Source of the DNA: Octopus vulgaris
Taxonomy: Eukaryota
Reading direction: 5' to 3'
NCBI GenBank assembly: GCA_951406725.2
Contig: OX597816.1
Location: forward strand, 59,706,001-59,770,000
DNA length: 64,000 nucleotides
Numbering within the stretch: the stretch's first letter is position 1; every line of letters begins with the position of its first letter. The position numbers and the translations under genes are program-made. Below, piece by piece: positions 1 through 12,815 of this stretch. The notes under the pieces were generated by a model that was given only the letters and a program-made list of their open reading frames with translations, did not search any database and had not been told where the DNA came from.

Positions 1-3000
1 CAACCACTCACTCTTTTTGTGGGCCATAATAAAGTATATAAGCTGACACAGCTTATGCAGTTGATTACCTTGCTGATGTCTTATTCATTATTATTTTTAT
101 TTTTGTTCTTTCTGTAAATAGAAAAACTTACACATGTATCATGTTGGTTGTTCTGATATGTCTTCACTGTTTGCAACAGATCCAAGCAGAATCGCTGTAA
201 TCTCTAGAGTACATTTTGTTAACAACCTTAGAAAGAAAAGTCGGAGCTCGTTCTTTCTGTTCCCCCCACTCTCCTCCTCTCTCTGTGTACAAAAGTGTGG
301 GGTTTTGAAATTGATAGCACCCTGCTGCTTTTTACACTCACCCCTCGCCCTACTGCCCCACATTTCTGAAATTGGTATAAAAACGTGGTAAGTTGAATTT
401 GTTCATGCATGCTAAAACTGTGGTAAAATTGTTAAAATGTTGGACAAAATGCCTTGCAGTGTATGAAGCTGTGCTTTTCCACTTTTGGGGTTGATAAACT
501 GAAGTGCCAGTCAAGTATGGTGCTGGTGCCCTAAAAAAAAAAAAAAGACACCTGGTACACTCTGTGGTTGGTTTTATGATGGACCTCCAGATGTTGCAAG
601 TGGAGGAGATGCAACATGCACAAATCCAGTACCATCATCTTCAATAATACCAATATTGTTTTCAAATGTTGATTTGAAGTCCCTTTTAACTTTTTTGTTC
701 CCATATTTTTATTGCAACCTACTGTATTTGTTTCAATTATTTCGAAAATAATGAAGTATTTAGTTAAATATAACTTAAGCTAGTGTTTTGGAACATAAAT
801 TAACACAATGTTGATAGGTTTTAATTTTGATCACTTTAACCATTTTTGTTTCAATATTTCTGTTTAATACACTCTCCATTTCAATTATTTCAGTAACGAA
901 GAATTTATCAAAATAAGTTTGTCACCATTAAGCTAGTGTTTGGAACATGAATTAACTTGAAAGATTTTACTGGAAGGCTTTTATTTTATATAATTTTACA
1001 ACGGATTTGTATAACAGAACTAGGGGTGGCCCCTGGTGAGTTGATGTGAAAAGCATTATCAGTTAGCATTTTTGGTTGTTACCTCAGCACCCCTGTCAGA
1101 AATAGCTTATTTGAGGTGTATTTTCAATTTGGATAGCTGCTATTCTTATATTAAAGGGTGGTGAGTTGCCGGAATCTTTAGTACACCAAGGGGCATTTCA
1201 CATGTTTTTACATTCTGGGTTCAAATTACATCAAGCTTGATTTTGCCGTTCATCCTTTCAGGCTCACTAAAATAAGTACCAGTATAACACTGGGGTTCAT
1301 GTAATCAACTTACCCCTCCCTTAAAATTGCTGGCCTTGTGCCAAAATTTGGAACCCATTATTATAAGGCAGTAGTTTATGGCTTTCTTCCATAAAGTATC
1401 ATATTGGTATTCTTTTCATCATGCAGTTCTCAAAGCTAAATATCCCCTTTCAAATGAGTGGGGTTGTAAGGAAGAGCAAGGCAGTTTTATGTTAAGAGAT
1501 GATGGTTTAGTGTAAGAGAAGGGGCCAGAACAGGTTTCTTGCTGTAGGGAAGCTACTCACATTATAAAAGAGAGGAGGGTAAAAGTGGCCAATGTAGGGC
1601 TAGAAAGAAATAATAGCAGGGGTGGGGTAAAGGTATCTGTGTGGACCCTCAAGATATAAGGTAAGTAAATGTAGCTGATGGCAGAACAGGAAACATGACA
1701 AGGTAGTGGTTATAAGATTGTATGGGAGAGGGTGAATATAATTATTTCTTTATTGCCCACAGGGGGGACAAACAAAGGGATTAAGTTGATTACATTGGCC
1801 CCAGAGTGTAACTGGTACTTATTTAATCAACCCTGAAAGGATGAAAGGCAAAGTTGACCCTGGAGGAATCTAAACTCAGAACATAATGGCAGACGAAATA
1901 CCGCCAAGTTTTTTGCCGTTTGCTAACAATTCTGCCAGCTCACCGCCCTAAGAGGATGAATATAATGAAGAGTGATATAGGGAAGAATAGGGGACAACTG
2001 TAAAGATTGGATAGGGTTGAGGTGGGGGTGACCCATGATACATATTAGTTGGGGTATTGGGGAGAGGAGATGACTGACAGTGCAGAAAGAGGATGGTGGA
2101 GAGATGCAGAATAGGAATTGTGTGGTGTGTATGAGAACTTCCATATAAACTCAGCATGGAGGGTAATTTTATTTAATTTTTTTTTTTTTTTTTTTACTCT
2201 TTGAATACTTTTTAATTTAATTTTAAAGTAATAAAGGTTTTTCATTTTGAAAGTTAGTATTTGTTTCATTTTGTGTAAATATGAAATAACTTGTTAAAAG
2301 TTAATTTATAATTTTGGAATTGTGGGTTTTTCGGCACATCATAAAGCTCTAAAGAATAGCATCTAAATATTGGATATATTTCACATTCTCTTAAAAGTTT
2401 ATAAAATTCTTAGATTATAATTATTGTATGCCATATTTCTTTTTATTCGTATGATAGGAAAAGTATATTTCTAAAGTTACCTGTTATATGATGGGTAGCA
2501 CCCTGTTATATTTAAATTCCGCTACAGTTTTGACGTTTGCTGTTCGTGTTTCTAAGAAGTATAAAATCTAATAGCTAAGTCTGTTAATAGAATCTTTTAA
2601 ATTTAAACTTTTTTTGAGCTTAAAACAGGAAATACTACATTCTTTGAAACCATGGAAATATGTTTGGGTGATCATTCCAAATGGGAAGGCTAATTAGAAC
2701 TTTTGTTTACATACCATGATCTGTTATTTCTGTTACTTTAATGGACAAAGGCATTTAATTTGACCGTTTGTAGGAATTTTGTGATTAGTTAATTTAAATT
2801 ACTGTCAGGATTTAATTATGCCATTTAACTGACCAAAGTATCGGAGTGAGTCTTAGAATTTTTAATGTTGACTGAAAATTTCCCATAAATACAATGGAAT
2901 TTCACTTCATCGCTGGGTAAAAACAATTTATGGCATTGTGTGTTTAATGTTCAATTATAAGGTAGTAAGAAAGAGTTGAATTGGAAAGAAAGTTTAATGC

Positions 3001-3400
3001 AATTTTGTAATGGTGGTGGTGGTGGATGGTTGAATTGCAAGAGGATCAGATTAAAGGTATCAAAGAATTTGGTTACAGAGTTGAAATTCCGCCAAGCTTC
3101 ATTTCGCCTTACTTTCTTCCAGATATAAAATATCTGGTAGACAGATACTGCAAGAAGCCTACCTTATATACATACTTGTGTGTGTGTGTGTGTGTACCCT
3201 TGCTTAGATGTTACCTGATGATTGTAAATGACCCTCATTGTCGTACAAGTGAGGTTGTTTCAAGTCCTCTGTGAAAACCTGTCTGGCCATGGGGGAATAT
3301 TACTTTGCTTGCGAACAGGTGAGGGTTGGCATTAAGAAGGGCATCTAACCATAAATCTACCTTAATGTTTTGACTCATGCAAGCTTGGACATTAAATGGC

Positions 3401-3438
<38 letters not shown>

Positions 3439-5006
3439 CATAGTATCTTGATAGGGTCATTATACCAGTTAAGTAATCGATTATTTGATTAATCCATAGG
3501 TCAATCAATCAGTTAAGTTCGTCACTCCTTTCGTTGCCATTTGTGACCTCATCAATATGTTCCCTTTACTTGGTCTGTCTGTCACCTCTTAAACACCAAA
3601 TACAAAACCAGCACGCAAACAACTTTTTTGTTTTAAGTATGTGTATATATACCCATGTAGTTATGCATGGTTGTACTGGAGCGTTTGTATGTTTGTGTAT
3701 ATATATATATATACATAAATTTGTCTTTTAGCGACAACAGTTACAGTTTGATACAAGACTAAAAAAAAAAATCTATTTATTATAGATTGTGTGGAGAGAG
3801 GAAATCTATGTACTTAGTGTGTTCTATTGCACAGCTATATTTACTGCAGGCTATTATTAATACTCTATGCATAATGTATTTGACCTATTTCCACATACAC
3901 ACACACACACATATATATATATATACATACATATATATATTATATGCACCAGCTGGCGTCAGCTTCACTAAATTTTTATTTATTTTGTTTTTTGTTATTG
4001 TCAATGCAAGTAGGTAATTCTCATGTGATGATTTCTTTGTTCCATAATTTTCTGCATCCTTGGTTGTTTGGTTCTAAGAAAGTCAAGATATATTATTCTG
4101 CAGTTAGTCTGGTTTAGCATTTTAGATATTTGGTCTAAGAGACAGATTAATCCCTTTGTTAGTATATTTCTATTGAAATACACAACCTTTGTAAATTAAC
4201 GAAGAATTTTAGTAGAATAACATTTGTCCTGATTAAGTTGGTGTTTGGAACTTAAATTTTGATGATCTTTAGCCCTTTTGTTACCGTATTTCTGTTGAAA
4301 TACGCCGCCTTTGTTTCAATTTCGAAAATAATCCAGATTTTAGAAACCTGTCTGCCATTGAATGGTTTCGTAATACGAAATTTTGATGGAAGATTTTAAT
4401 TTAGAATAATTGTAACCCTTTAGCATTCAGATTTCTTTGTCAAATATAATGCTTATTAGTTATTCACATTGTTTTTAATTAACCTTGCATCATCTTCTAG
4501 CTTTCAGTGATGTGATTCTTTTATTTGTTTGTCATTTGGCTGCGGCCATGCTGGAGCATCCCTTTTATATTTTTAGAATGATATTGTAGGGGGTGCAAGA
4601 GGCCAGATCTGGTCAATTTTCACATGAAACAGGTAGAGTATTTGGACCAGATATGGCCAATTTAAATTCTAAATGGTTAAAGAGAAATTTTTTTATCGTA
4701 GAACCGTGGGGCAGTCTGAGGAAAAGTTAAGACTAGAAATTTATGATGTAGAACCAAAAGTGATTTCAAGCAGATTGCTATTACTTTTCTCAATGTTGTT
4801 TTAAACTCAGATTAGTCTTAATCAATCTGACCTATGATCTAAGGCATGCCAACTGTGACCACTCTTCAGTTTTGTTAAAGTATATACCTAGGACTACTTT
4901 ATTCAGTCATTTTTTAAGGTTTATCTCTACAGATTTTCTATAGAAATTTAGCCAGCATCTGCATATGTCTAATGTTAATAATGCCATCAAAGATGGAAAA
5001 ATAGGT

Positions 5007-5072
5007 AATGGGGGTATATGCATATTTCAAGACTTATTGCTCTTTCGTCAGCACCACAAACCCATTGCTTAA
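5007..5072 (-). ncRNA. Minimal type I hammerhead ribozyme motif (degenerate helix I)
   Basis: Minus strand reads GGTG-CTGACGA-AAGA gcaataag TCTT-GAAA-TATGCATA-TA-CCCC: intact core, 4-bp helix II, palindromic helix III ATATGCATAT, AUA cleavage triplet. Confidence 0.65.
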
Positions 5073-5764
5073 ATAGTTACTAGAAGATATTGCAGTATAA
5101 CATTAGGGGATAGACCAATTTTACATGACAGCTGGTATGTACATATTTATTACTTGTAGGGACACTGTGTTTTGTTATGCAGCCATAATATGCTACAAAG
5201 TATATTAAACGCTTTATAAGAAAACACTGTGCCTTACCACATTAAGAACAAATTAAATTTGTAAACTGAGGTTCCACTGTGTGTGTGTGTGTGTATGTAA
5301 TTATAATCATGGGGAAATTGTAATTTTTAATCTAACAGTAATATTTCTCCTTTTTACTCGAGTTTTCCTTTTTTTTCACAGTATTTGGTTGTTACTTGGC
5401 TTAACAGTGGCACCTCTGTTAGATTTGAATTTGAATTAACATCCATAAACTCAATGTTACCAATCACAAATCTTTGTCAGAAATTGGAGTATACAAACGT
5501 ATTGATTATAGCATCTGAGAGAAAATTATTTTGTTACTCTCCTGTATATATTAATTTTAGTTTCGTAGGTAGGCACTGGATTTGAAATATTTTAAAGGCA
5601 AAATAGAGGATTTCATATTTCTTGTTCCTTTCTTGGGGTCATGAATGACCTCAGTCAAGTAGTTGTCTTGGGATCAAAAACCCTATCTTGTTGAAGCTAT
5701 TATTTGCTATTATAAAGGACAAATTGTTTTAGATTTATGAAGTTGTAACATCTTATATTTTATA

Positions 5765-5955
5765 GAGAAAAACAACTTGTTTTAAATCTCTGAGTGAGAG
5801 ATATACAATAACAGTACAAAATAGTAATGTTTATATGCCAACAGAACATGGCAGTCATAAAGGACGATATTACTGTTGTTATAGCCCCCAGGAAAATATT
5901 TTTTCCAGCTAGCTATCAACACAGTCCGTATTCATATAGTATTCGCAAGGGAGGT
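5765..5955. mobile_element. Single diverged arm of the fold-back element family seen at 47.6, 48.4 and 61.4 kb
   Basis: TAAATCTC...AACAGTAC...GCCAACAGAACATGGCAGTC...TAGCCCCCAGGA...TCCAGCTAGCTAT is colinear with 48431-48570. Confidence 0.6.
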
Positions 5956-6401
5956 CATTGCTCCCATTATATTGTAGTTTATTACAAATCAAAAGTTTTC
6001 ATTTAGTTGTTTCAGTCATAGGACTGCAACCATGCTGGAGCAACACCTTGAAGAGTTTAGTTAATTATATCTTCAGTATTATATTTTTAAAGTCTGATAC
6101 TTATTCTGTTGGTCGCTTTTGGCGAATTGCTAAGTTACAGGAATCTAAACAAACTAACACCAATTGTTATGAGATGTGAGGACAAATGGATGTGTGTGCA
6201 CATGAATATATGATGGGCTTCTACAGTTTCACTCACATGGTATTTTTCAGCCTGGGGCTATATTAGAAGTCAGTTGCCCAAGGTGCTATGCTGTAGGACT
6301 AGATCCAAAACCAGACAAATTTTTTCCCATTTCCCATTTTTATTTCTATACTGTTGTAATATCTTTATGACTAATGAGGTTTTTTTTTTTTTATTTTTCA
6401 G

Positions 6402-6475
6402 GGCAACCATCTTGAGCGAAGTTCAGTCAAGTTCAGCTTCTAAGTTATCCAACATTAAATCAGTCCTTGTAATTG
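6402..6475 (+). CDS. DYNC1LI: Dynein-1 light intermediate chain, first coding exon identified in window (internal exon)
   Basis: Poly-T tract + CAG acceptor at 6399-6401; encodes (W)ATILSEVQSSSASKLSNIKSVLVI(G), matching the LIC N-terminal WxxILSEV...KxVLxLG motif; GTTTGT donor at 6476; 74 nt, phases 2/1. Confidence 0.93.
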
Positions 6476-6699
6476 GTTTGTATCCTTTATTATATTTACT
6501 GTCATAATTGAAACTTTTGTTACATGCTTTTTTTTTATATATAAGAATCTATTATTAGTTTGTTTGACGATGACCAAGGACATCACATGGGAGAAAATAA
6601 CTAGGCATGCTGTGTCCAGCTGTGACCAATCGGTCCAATGCATGCTCAGAAGGTTCTGGTCTTAAAGTAATTTGTGTTTTCTTTGCACCTCTGCAATCC

Positions 6700-6800
6700 T
6701 GTCCTGTGTTGGTTTAGGAGAGGTATTAAGGCTGGCTGCCAAGGTGTACCAAGCAATTGTACTGCCTAAGCTACTGTACAGTCGGCAAGACTTGAATGAT
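6700..6800 (+). mobile_element. Short RTE/BovB-like LINE remnant
   Basis: LAAKVYQAIVLPKLLYS resembles the RTE motif KxKVYxAxVLPTLLYG. Confidence 0.5.
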
Positions 6801-8355
6801 TTACGAATCCCCCCCCCCCCCGGAAAAACCCCAAAGAATCTAAAGAAGTATCAATTACAAATATCAGTTATAACTTTCAATGTTGTTGCGTTGGTTAATA
6901 AAGCAGCAGACATTTGTATTAGTAGTGTAATGTTGAATTAATTCTGGCTAGAAAAAAAAATTTGTAGATCATCTTCACTTTTCCATGCTAGCATGGGTTG
7001 AATGGAGTTTATTGACAGATTTTCTATGGCCAGATGCCATTCCTGTCACCATTGCTCACTTGTTTCTAAATAACATTTCTTCATGGCTGGGCATGTTTGT
7101 GCAGACTATTGGAATAAGTGACACTGCTTGTATGATGGTGACACTGACAATTATCAAAACTATCACATAATGTCTAGTCAAGGAGATGCAAACATACATA
7201 CACACATGCACCAAAATCATTTGTCTGTTTTCCATGCTGGCATAGGTTGGACGTTTAACAGGAGCGGGCAGGGCCAGGAGTCACACCATAGTCTGTTTTG
7301 GCAAGGTTTCTACAGCTGTATGCCCTTCCTAATGCCAACTACTTTACTGAGTGTACTCGGTGCTTTTTTACATAGCACCATCATTGACAGGTTCACCAAG
7401 TCCCTTGTTAGACAAGAACCCCTCAACTGGGAATGGGGGAATACTATTGAGTGCCATTTGAGGTCTTTGAAGTAGAGAGGGGACAGATATAGATATCTTG
7501 CTATAGAGTAGGTACATAGATACCCCAGATGGAAACGTATGTATGATGGACTTCTTTTCAGTGTCTGCCTTCCAAATCCGCTTATAGGGCTTTGGTCAGT
7601 TGGGACTCAGGGTTAGTGGAAGACGTTACTCTAATGTATTCACATGGTGGGAGTGAACCGAAAACCATGTAGTAAGGAAGCAGACTTCTTAACCATGCCT
7701 GTGCCTATAGATGAAGGCCTAAAAATGCTTGTTTCTAAGCAACACTATTAAAATCTAACAGAAAAACAAATGTAAAAGAAAGTGCACAAAAATGCTTTAT
7801 CTTAGGAGTGTTTGTTAAACCGGTTTGCTTGGTATCACATTTTGGCATTCTTCCATATATAGAGCATACCGTATTGAAGTAGGTGAGCTTTCTTATGTTG
7901 TCGAGAGTATAAACTGGTGGTAATATTTTATTATCGAAATAGATCTGCTCTTAAAGACTTATCTGACCCAAAGTTAAAGCAATCCCTCTTTTCTCTGCCA
8001 TTCAGTTTATTAGTTCTCCCAATTCTAACTTTATATATGACAATAGATAAGAATTTAGATTTCAAGTCTGAGGTTTGTGTCTGAGGAAATTGCTGGAGTA
8101 GTAAAGCTTTCTTTCTAGTTGTTTTTTTCTTTTTTTTTCTCTGTCTATTAACCTCATTTTTTGTGTACTATTTGTTATTATTTTGGTGAACCATCTCCTG
8201 AATATATATAGAGGCACCAACACGACTGTGTGCTTAAGTTTGCTCCCCACCCATAAGGCTTTGGGTTTAATCCCACTGTGTGGCACGTTGGGCAAATGTC
8301 TTCTCCTGCCCCTTTGTGAATGGATTTGATAGATGGAAACCGAAAGAAGCCCATC

Positions 8356-8390
<35 letters not shown>

Positions 8391-9215
8391 TATTTGTCTC
8401 CTTGTCCTGACACATGATAGTTATAAATAAGTGTCACTATCTTACAAGCTGTATCATTCATTTCCAGTATTCTGAGAAAATGGGTGTGGGTTGGTGACAG
8501 GAAGGGTATCCAGCCATAGAAAATATGCTTCAACAAATTCCATCAGACTCTTGTTGGCATAGACAATGGATGTTGAAACAATATCTTTTGGCTACAATTG
8601 AACTGAGACACAAGATAGTCTTAAAAATCTTAGGCTAGACAGAACCATTCTAGGTTCCAACTTTTCGTAAAAACAATATATATTGATTTATGTAGATCAC
8701 ATGTCTTTTATATATAGTTTCATCATTGTTTTAACTTCCACTTTTCCATGCTTGCTTGGGTAAAACAGAATTCTTTGAGGTAGAATTTCTACATAATTTA
8801 TAGCATTGCCACAAGGTCATATTTGGTGAAAGGTTGTAGTTGAGAGATCTACCTTGTATTTATGTTATCAATTCTGAAAGAATGAGAAGCAAAGTCGAGT
8901 TTGGAGAAGGATTTGAACTTGGAATGTAACCAAATACTTTAGATGATTAAGGAATCGATCACAGTATATTGTGGATAGAAATAACATAAGATCAATAACC
9001 TGGAAATCAGTACTACTTACAGTATTAACTCCTTGCTAATTTGTATATGGAATCTAACTTCACAAAATATGTTTTTCTTAATATATCTGAAAATGAATGG
9101 AGTTAGAATCATGAAAATTTGTGAAAATGGCAGTAAAATGTTGGTATTTGGGTGTGGTTTGTCAAAATTAGGATTTCATCTGTATATTTAATGCTTTTTT
9201 TTTTTTATATTTCAG

Positions 9216-9332
9216 GTGACACAGAATCTGGTAAAACCACATTAATTGCAAAATTGCAAGGCAATGAGGACCCTAAAAAAGGTGCTGGTTTGGAATATTA
9301 CCATATTGATGTCAAAGATGAATACAGAGATG
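9216..9332 (+). CDS. DYNC1LI: Dynein LIC exon with P-loop (Walker A GDTESGKT)
   Basis: TTTCAG acceptor; GDTESGKTTLIAKLQGNEDPKKGAGLEYYHIDVKDEYRD; GTAATG donor at 9333; 117 nt, in frame with neighbours. Confidence 0.97.
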
Positions 9333-9550
9333 GTAATGTCTTGGTTGTTTTGTTTCAATTTTATGAAATTAATATATTTTTTTTGTGTAGTCTTTTGTTC
9401 CAAGTTAATTTCTAATTAGCACAGAGACTGTATTAAATGTCATTAATTAAAACAAACTATCGCACTGGACTTCTATGACTGTTATGGCAGGATTTTTACA
9501 GCGGGATGCCCTTCCTAACACCAACCACTCAGCAGATTGGACTTAGTGCT

Positions 9551-9650
9551 TTTCCCCAAGACACCTGAAGAAGGCTGGAGGGTATATCAGCTGAAACGTG
9601 TTAACAACAAACAAGATAAGGACAAATATCTGTCGAATGTAAATACTGTA
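9551..9650 (+). mobile_element. 5'-truncated copy of the tRNA-headed hammerhead SINE
   Basis: CCCCAAGACAC-CTGAAGA-AGGCTG...CAGCT-GAAAC-GTGTTAACAACAAACAAGAT..., same 3' half as the copies at 32.1, 40.8 and 51.3 kb. Confidence 0.85.
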
Positions 9651-11726
9651 AATAAAGATGGTGTATTTCAACAGAAATAGGGTTATGGAGGAGATAAATT
9701 GGCTTTGTAAGCTAACCTTGGCTGTAGTTGCTATTTTCATTTATTTGTTTATGCTATTACACTTAGAGAAGGCATGAACATCTCAACTTGTAACCATTTA
9801 TAAAGTCCTAGAAATGGCTCTAATTGTCATCAGTAATATCTTGTTTTCAGGTGGCCCCACAATGAAGCAATAGCACTCGTTTGACAGTAAAACAAAGTAA
9901 CATTGTTATAAGTATTATATGTATGTGTAATTTATATCTTGAAGATATATTTCTTTGTAACATGAACAAGTTGCAAGTAAAAGAATCTAAGTTATCTGGG
10001 TAATTTGTATTGATGGAAATATGAAGAAATAAACAACTGTTTGTTTATGGTCAGCAAAAACATGAATCTATTTAATCATCATCATTTAACATCCGTTGTC
10101 CATGCTGGCATGGGTTGGATGGTTTGACTGGGCTGGCACACTGGAAGGGTGCACCAGTTTGATTTGGCATGGTTTTCTACAGCTGGGTGCCTTTCCTAAT
10201 GCCAACCACTCTGAGAGTGTAATGGGTGCTTTTATGTGCCACAGGCATGACACTGGGTCACATTTATGTGCCAATTTGCATGACACCGGTATGTCTCGAC
10301 TGCTATTTTGCTCAGCTTGATGGGTCTTTTTCTCAAGCACAACATAATGCCAAAGGTCTTGGTCATTGCCTCCATGAGGCCCAACGTTCAAGATATTCTT
10401 TATGTGCCAGCATGGGTGTACTTGGCTTGACAGGCCCTCTCAAGCACAGCATATCACCAAAGGTCTCGGTCACTAGTCATTGCCTCCATAAGGCCCCAAG
10501 TTCAAAGATTATGCTTCATCACCTTGTCCCATGTCTTCTTGGGTCTACCTCTACCACAGGTTCCCTCCACAGTTAGAGGAGTGACGGAGAGAGGCAATAA
10601 AAGCAGGGTTATAGTGAGAGCCAGTTATGAGATAATGGGGGAGAGAGGTACTAATGAGAGCTATAAATTTACTGGTAAGAGAGAAAGAGATAGAACAAGT
10701 GGTGGATAGTTGTAGAAATGGTCGCTGAGATGACAGTGACAGTAAAAGTGTGACTCTAGATGGAGATAGGTGGTAGGCAGCATAGACAGGTATATTTGCT
10801 GGTAAGAGGAAGTGGATGGGTATTCATATAAATGTTTGATGCTAAGATACTGTGGAAATTGGTGGTTTTGGTGTAGTGAATAGAGATGAGAGGGTATTGA
10901 ATAGGTTAGAGGGTCAGAAGATGGAGACATAACTCTTCTGTTACCATATTTTTATTGAAATACACTGCTTTCATTTCAATGATTTTGAAAATAACGAATT
11001 TAATAAACTATTAAGCTGGTATTTGGAACAGACTGTTGCCATGCCCCAGCATGGCCACAGTCTAATGACCAAAAACAAGTGAAAAAGAATGAAATCTTGA
11101 AAAGTTTTAATTCAGATGACTTTACCAGAAGTTATCAAAGAATATGGGGTGATCTCAAGCAGGATAATATAAAAAATATTGTGTTCAAACTGGACTAGAG
11201 GCTCAGATGTGTGTATATAGAGACCCCCTTCAATCATGAATGACCATGGAATTGCACCTAGAAAGTTCCCTCCCAAGGCACAAGCCCGAGCAAGGTTGTT
11301 TATGGAGGACCAGCAGTCACACATGCATACCAGCCTCCTTTCTCCATGCCACTGATGTTGTTAAGGCAAAGGCCAATACAGCTTGGCACCTGTAATGTTG
11401 CAATTAATTCCTTCAGCTGAGTGAACTGGAGCAAAGTGAAATAAAGTGTTTTGCTCAAGAACACAGCACAGAGCCCGGTCTGAGAATCAAACTCACTACC
11501 TCATGATTGTGAGCCTGATGCTCTAACCACTGAGCTATGCACCTTAATGTGTGTGTTTGTGTGTGTCTATCCCACCTTCCATCATGACCTCCATTCTGAT
11601 GTCATTTTTTATAACCCAGACATATAGGTTCTAAACACTGGGGTACATATGGCATTAACAAAAATTTAAATATCCCTATTTTTGATCTGACATAAATGTA
11701 AAGTTGAAGATCTAAATGTTTATAGT

Positions 11727-11981
11727 AGTGCCGGTGGCACGTAAAATGCACCATCCGATCATGGTTGATGCCAGCCCCCTCTGACCCCTGTGCTGGTGGC
11801 ATGTAAAAAAGCACCCACTATACTCTTGGAGTGGTTGGTGTTAAGAAGAGCATCCAGCTGTAGAAACACTGCAAGATCAGACTGGAGTCTGGTGCAGCCT
11901 CCTGGCTTCCCAGACCCCAGTCAAACCATCCAACCCATGCCAGCATGGAAAATAGACGTTAAATGATGATGATGATGATGA
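11727..11981 (+). mobile_element. Representative of the very abundant (GAT)n-tailed SINE-like family (many copies on both strands, e.g. ~10078, 13030, 15009, 15841, 16456, 21723, 25040, 34275, 35475, 36470, 46830, 50960)
   Basis: Recurrent GTGCCGGTGGCACGTAAAA..CACCCACTACACTCTCGGAGTGGTTGGCGTTAGGAAGGGCATCCAGCTGTAGAAAC...CCAACCCATGCCAGCATGGAAA..GACGTTAAA(TGA)n consensus. Confidence 0.88.
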
Positions 11982-12447
11982 TAAGCCAGTGATTATAGTT
12001 TGTTACTGCAAGTTAAGTTTGAATTTCTAATGAATTAGATTAACTGTTATTTAGTGTTTGGATGGCATTTTAAATTGACAACTTTCACTTTCAACAAAAG
12101 TATTATTTAGGTATATAATTAGTGATATTGAAAGACTTGACATTTAATTAGTTCTATGGTTATATTCTGTATCATTGAGATTTAAATTGAAGAGTTTCAC
12201 CAAATTCTCAGTGATAGAGAAAAGGTTTTCTTTTCATAGAACTTTGGACTTAATATATTTAAATAGTTGTAATAATAAGAATGTACAATTATTTTTTAAT
12301 TAATCAAACTATGGTATAACACTTGAGATGGATTTAAAATATGAATTTAAAGCATGCTAGCCAATAAGTTGATAAAAGTCGAATAAGTTTAAAATTTTTT
12401 TAAATGAGAATTATGTACCATTAAAATAGTATGTTGTATATTATTGT

Positions 12448-12815
12448 GGCACTCCATCAGTTATGACAACAAGGGTTCCAGTTGATCCAATCAATGGAAC
12501 AGCTTGCTCGTGAAATTATTGTGCGAGTGGCTGAGCACTCCACAGACATGTGTATCCTTAACGTAGTTCTCGGGGGAGATTCAGTGTGACATGGCTGGCC
12601 TTTTGACATACAGGTACAACAGAAACAGGAAGAAAGAGTGAGAGAAAGTTGTGGTGAAAGAGTACAACAGGGTTTGCCACCACCTCCTGCTGGAGCCTTG
12701 TGGAGCTTTAGGTGTTTTTGCTCAATAAACACTCACAATGCCCGGTCTGGGAATTGAAACCGCAATCCTACAACTGCGAGTCCGCTGCCCTAACCACTGA
12801 GCCATTGCGCCTCCA
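12448..12815 (-). mobile_element. tRNA-derived SINE, second family
   Basis: Minus strand GGAGGCGCAATGGCTCAGTGGTTAGGGCAGCGGACTCG...GGTTTCAATTCCC (A and B boxes); same family as 37397-37773. Confidence 0.88.

Noticed and set aside
3505-3565. Minus-strand TTGATGA-GGTCAC aaat GGCAAC-GAAA, hammerhead-like spacing
   Set aside because: C3 is mutated, helix II is mostly mismatched, and there is no helix III or NUH site; could be a very old relic but is not supportable
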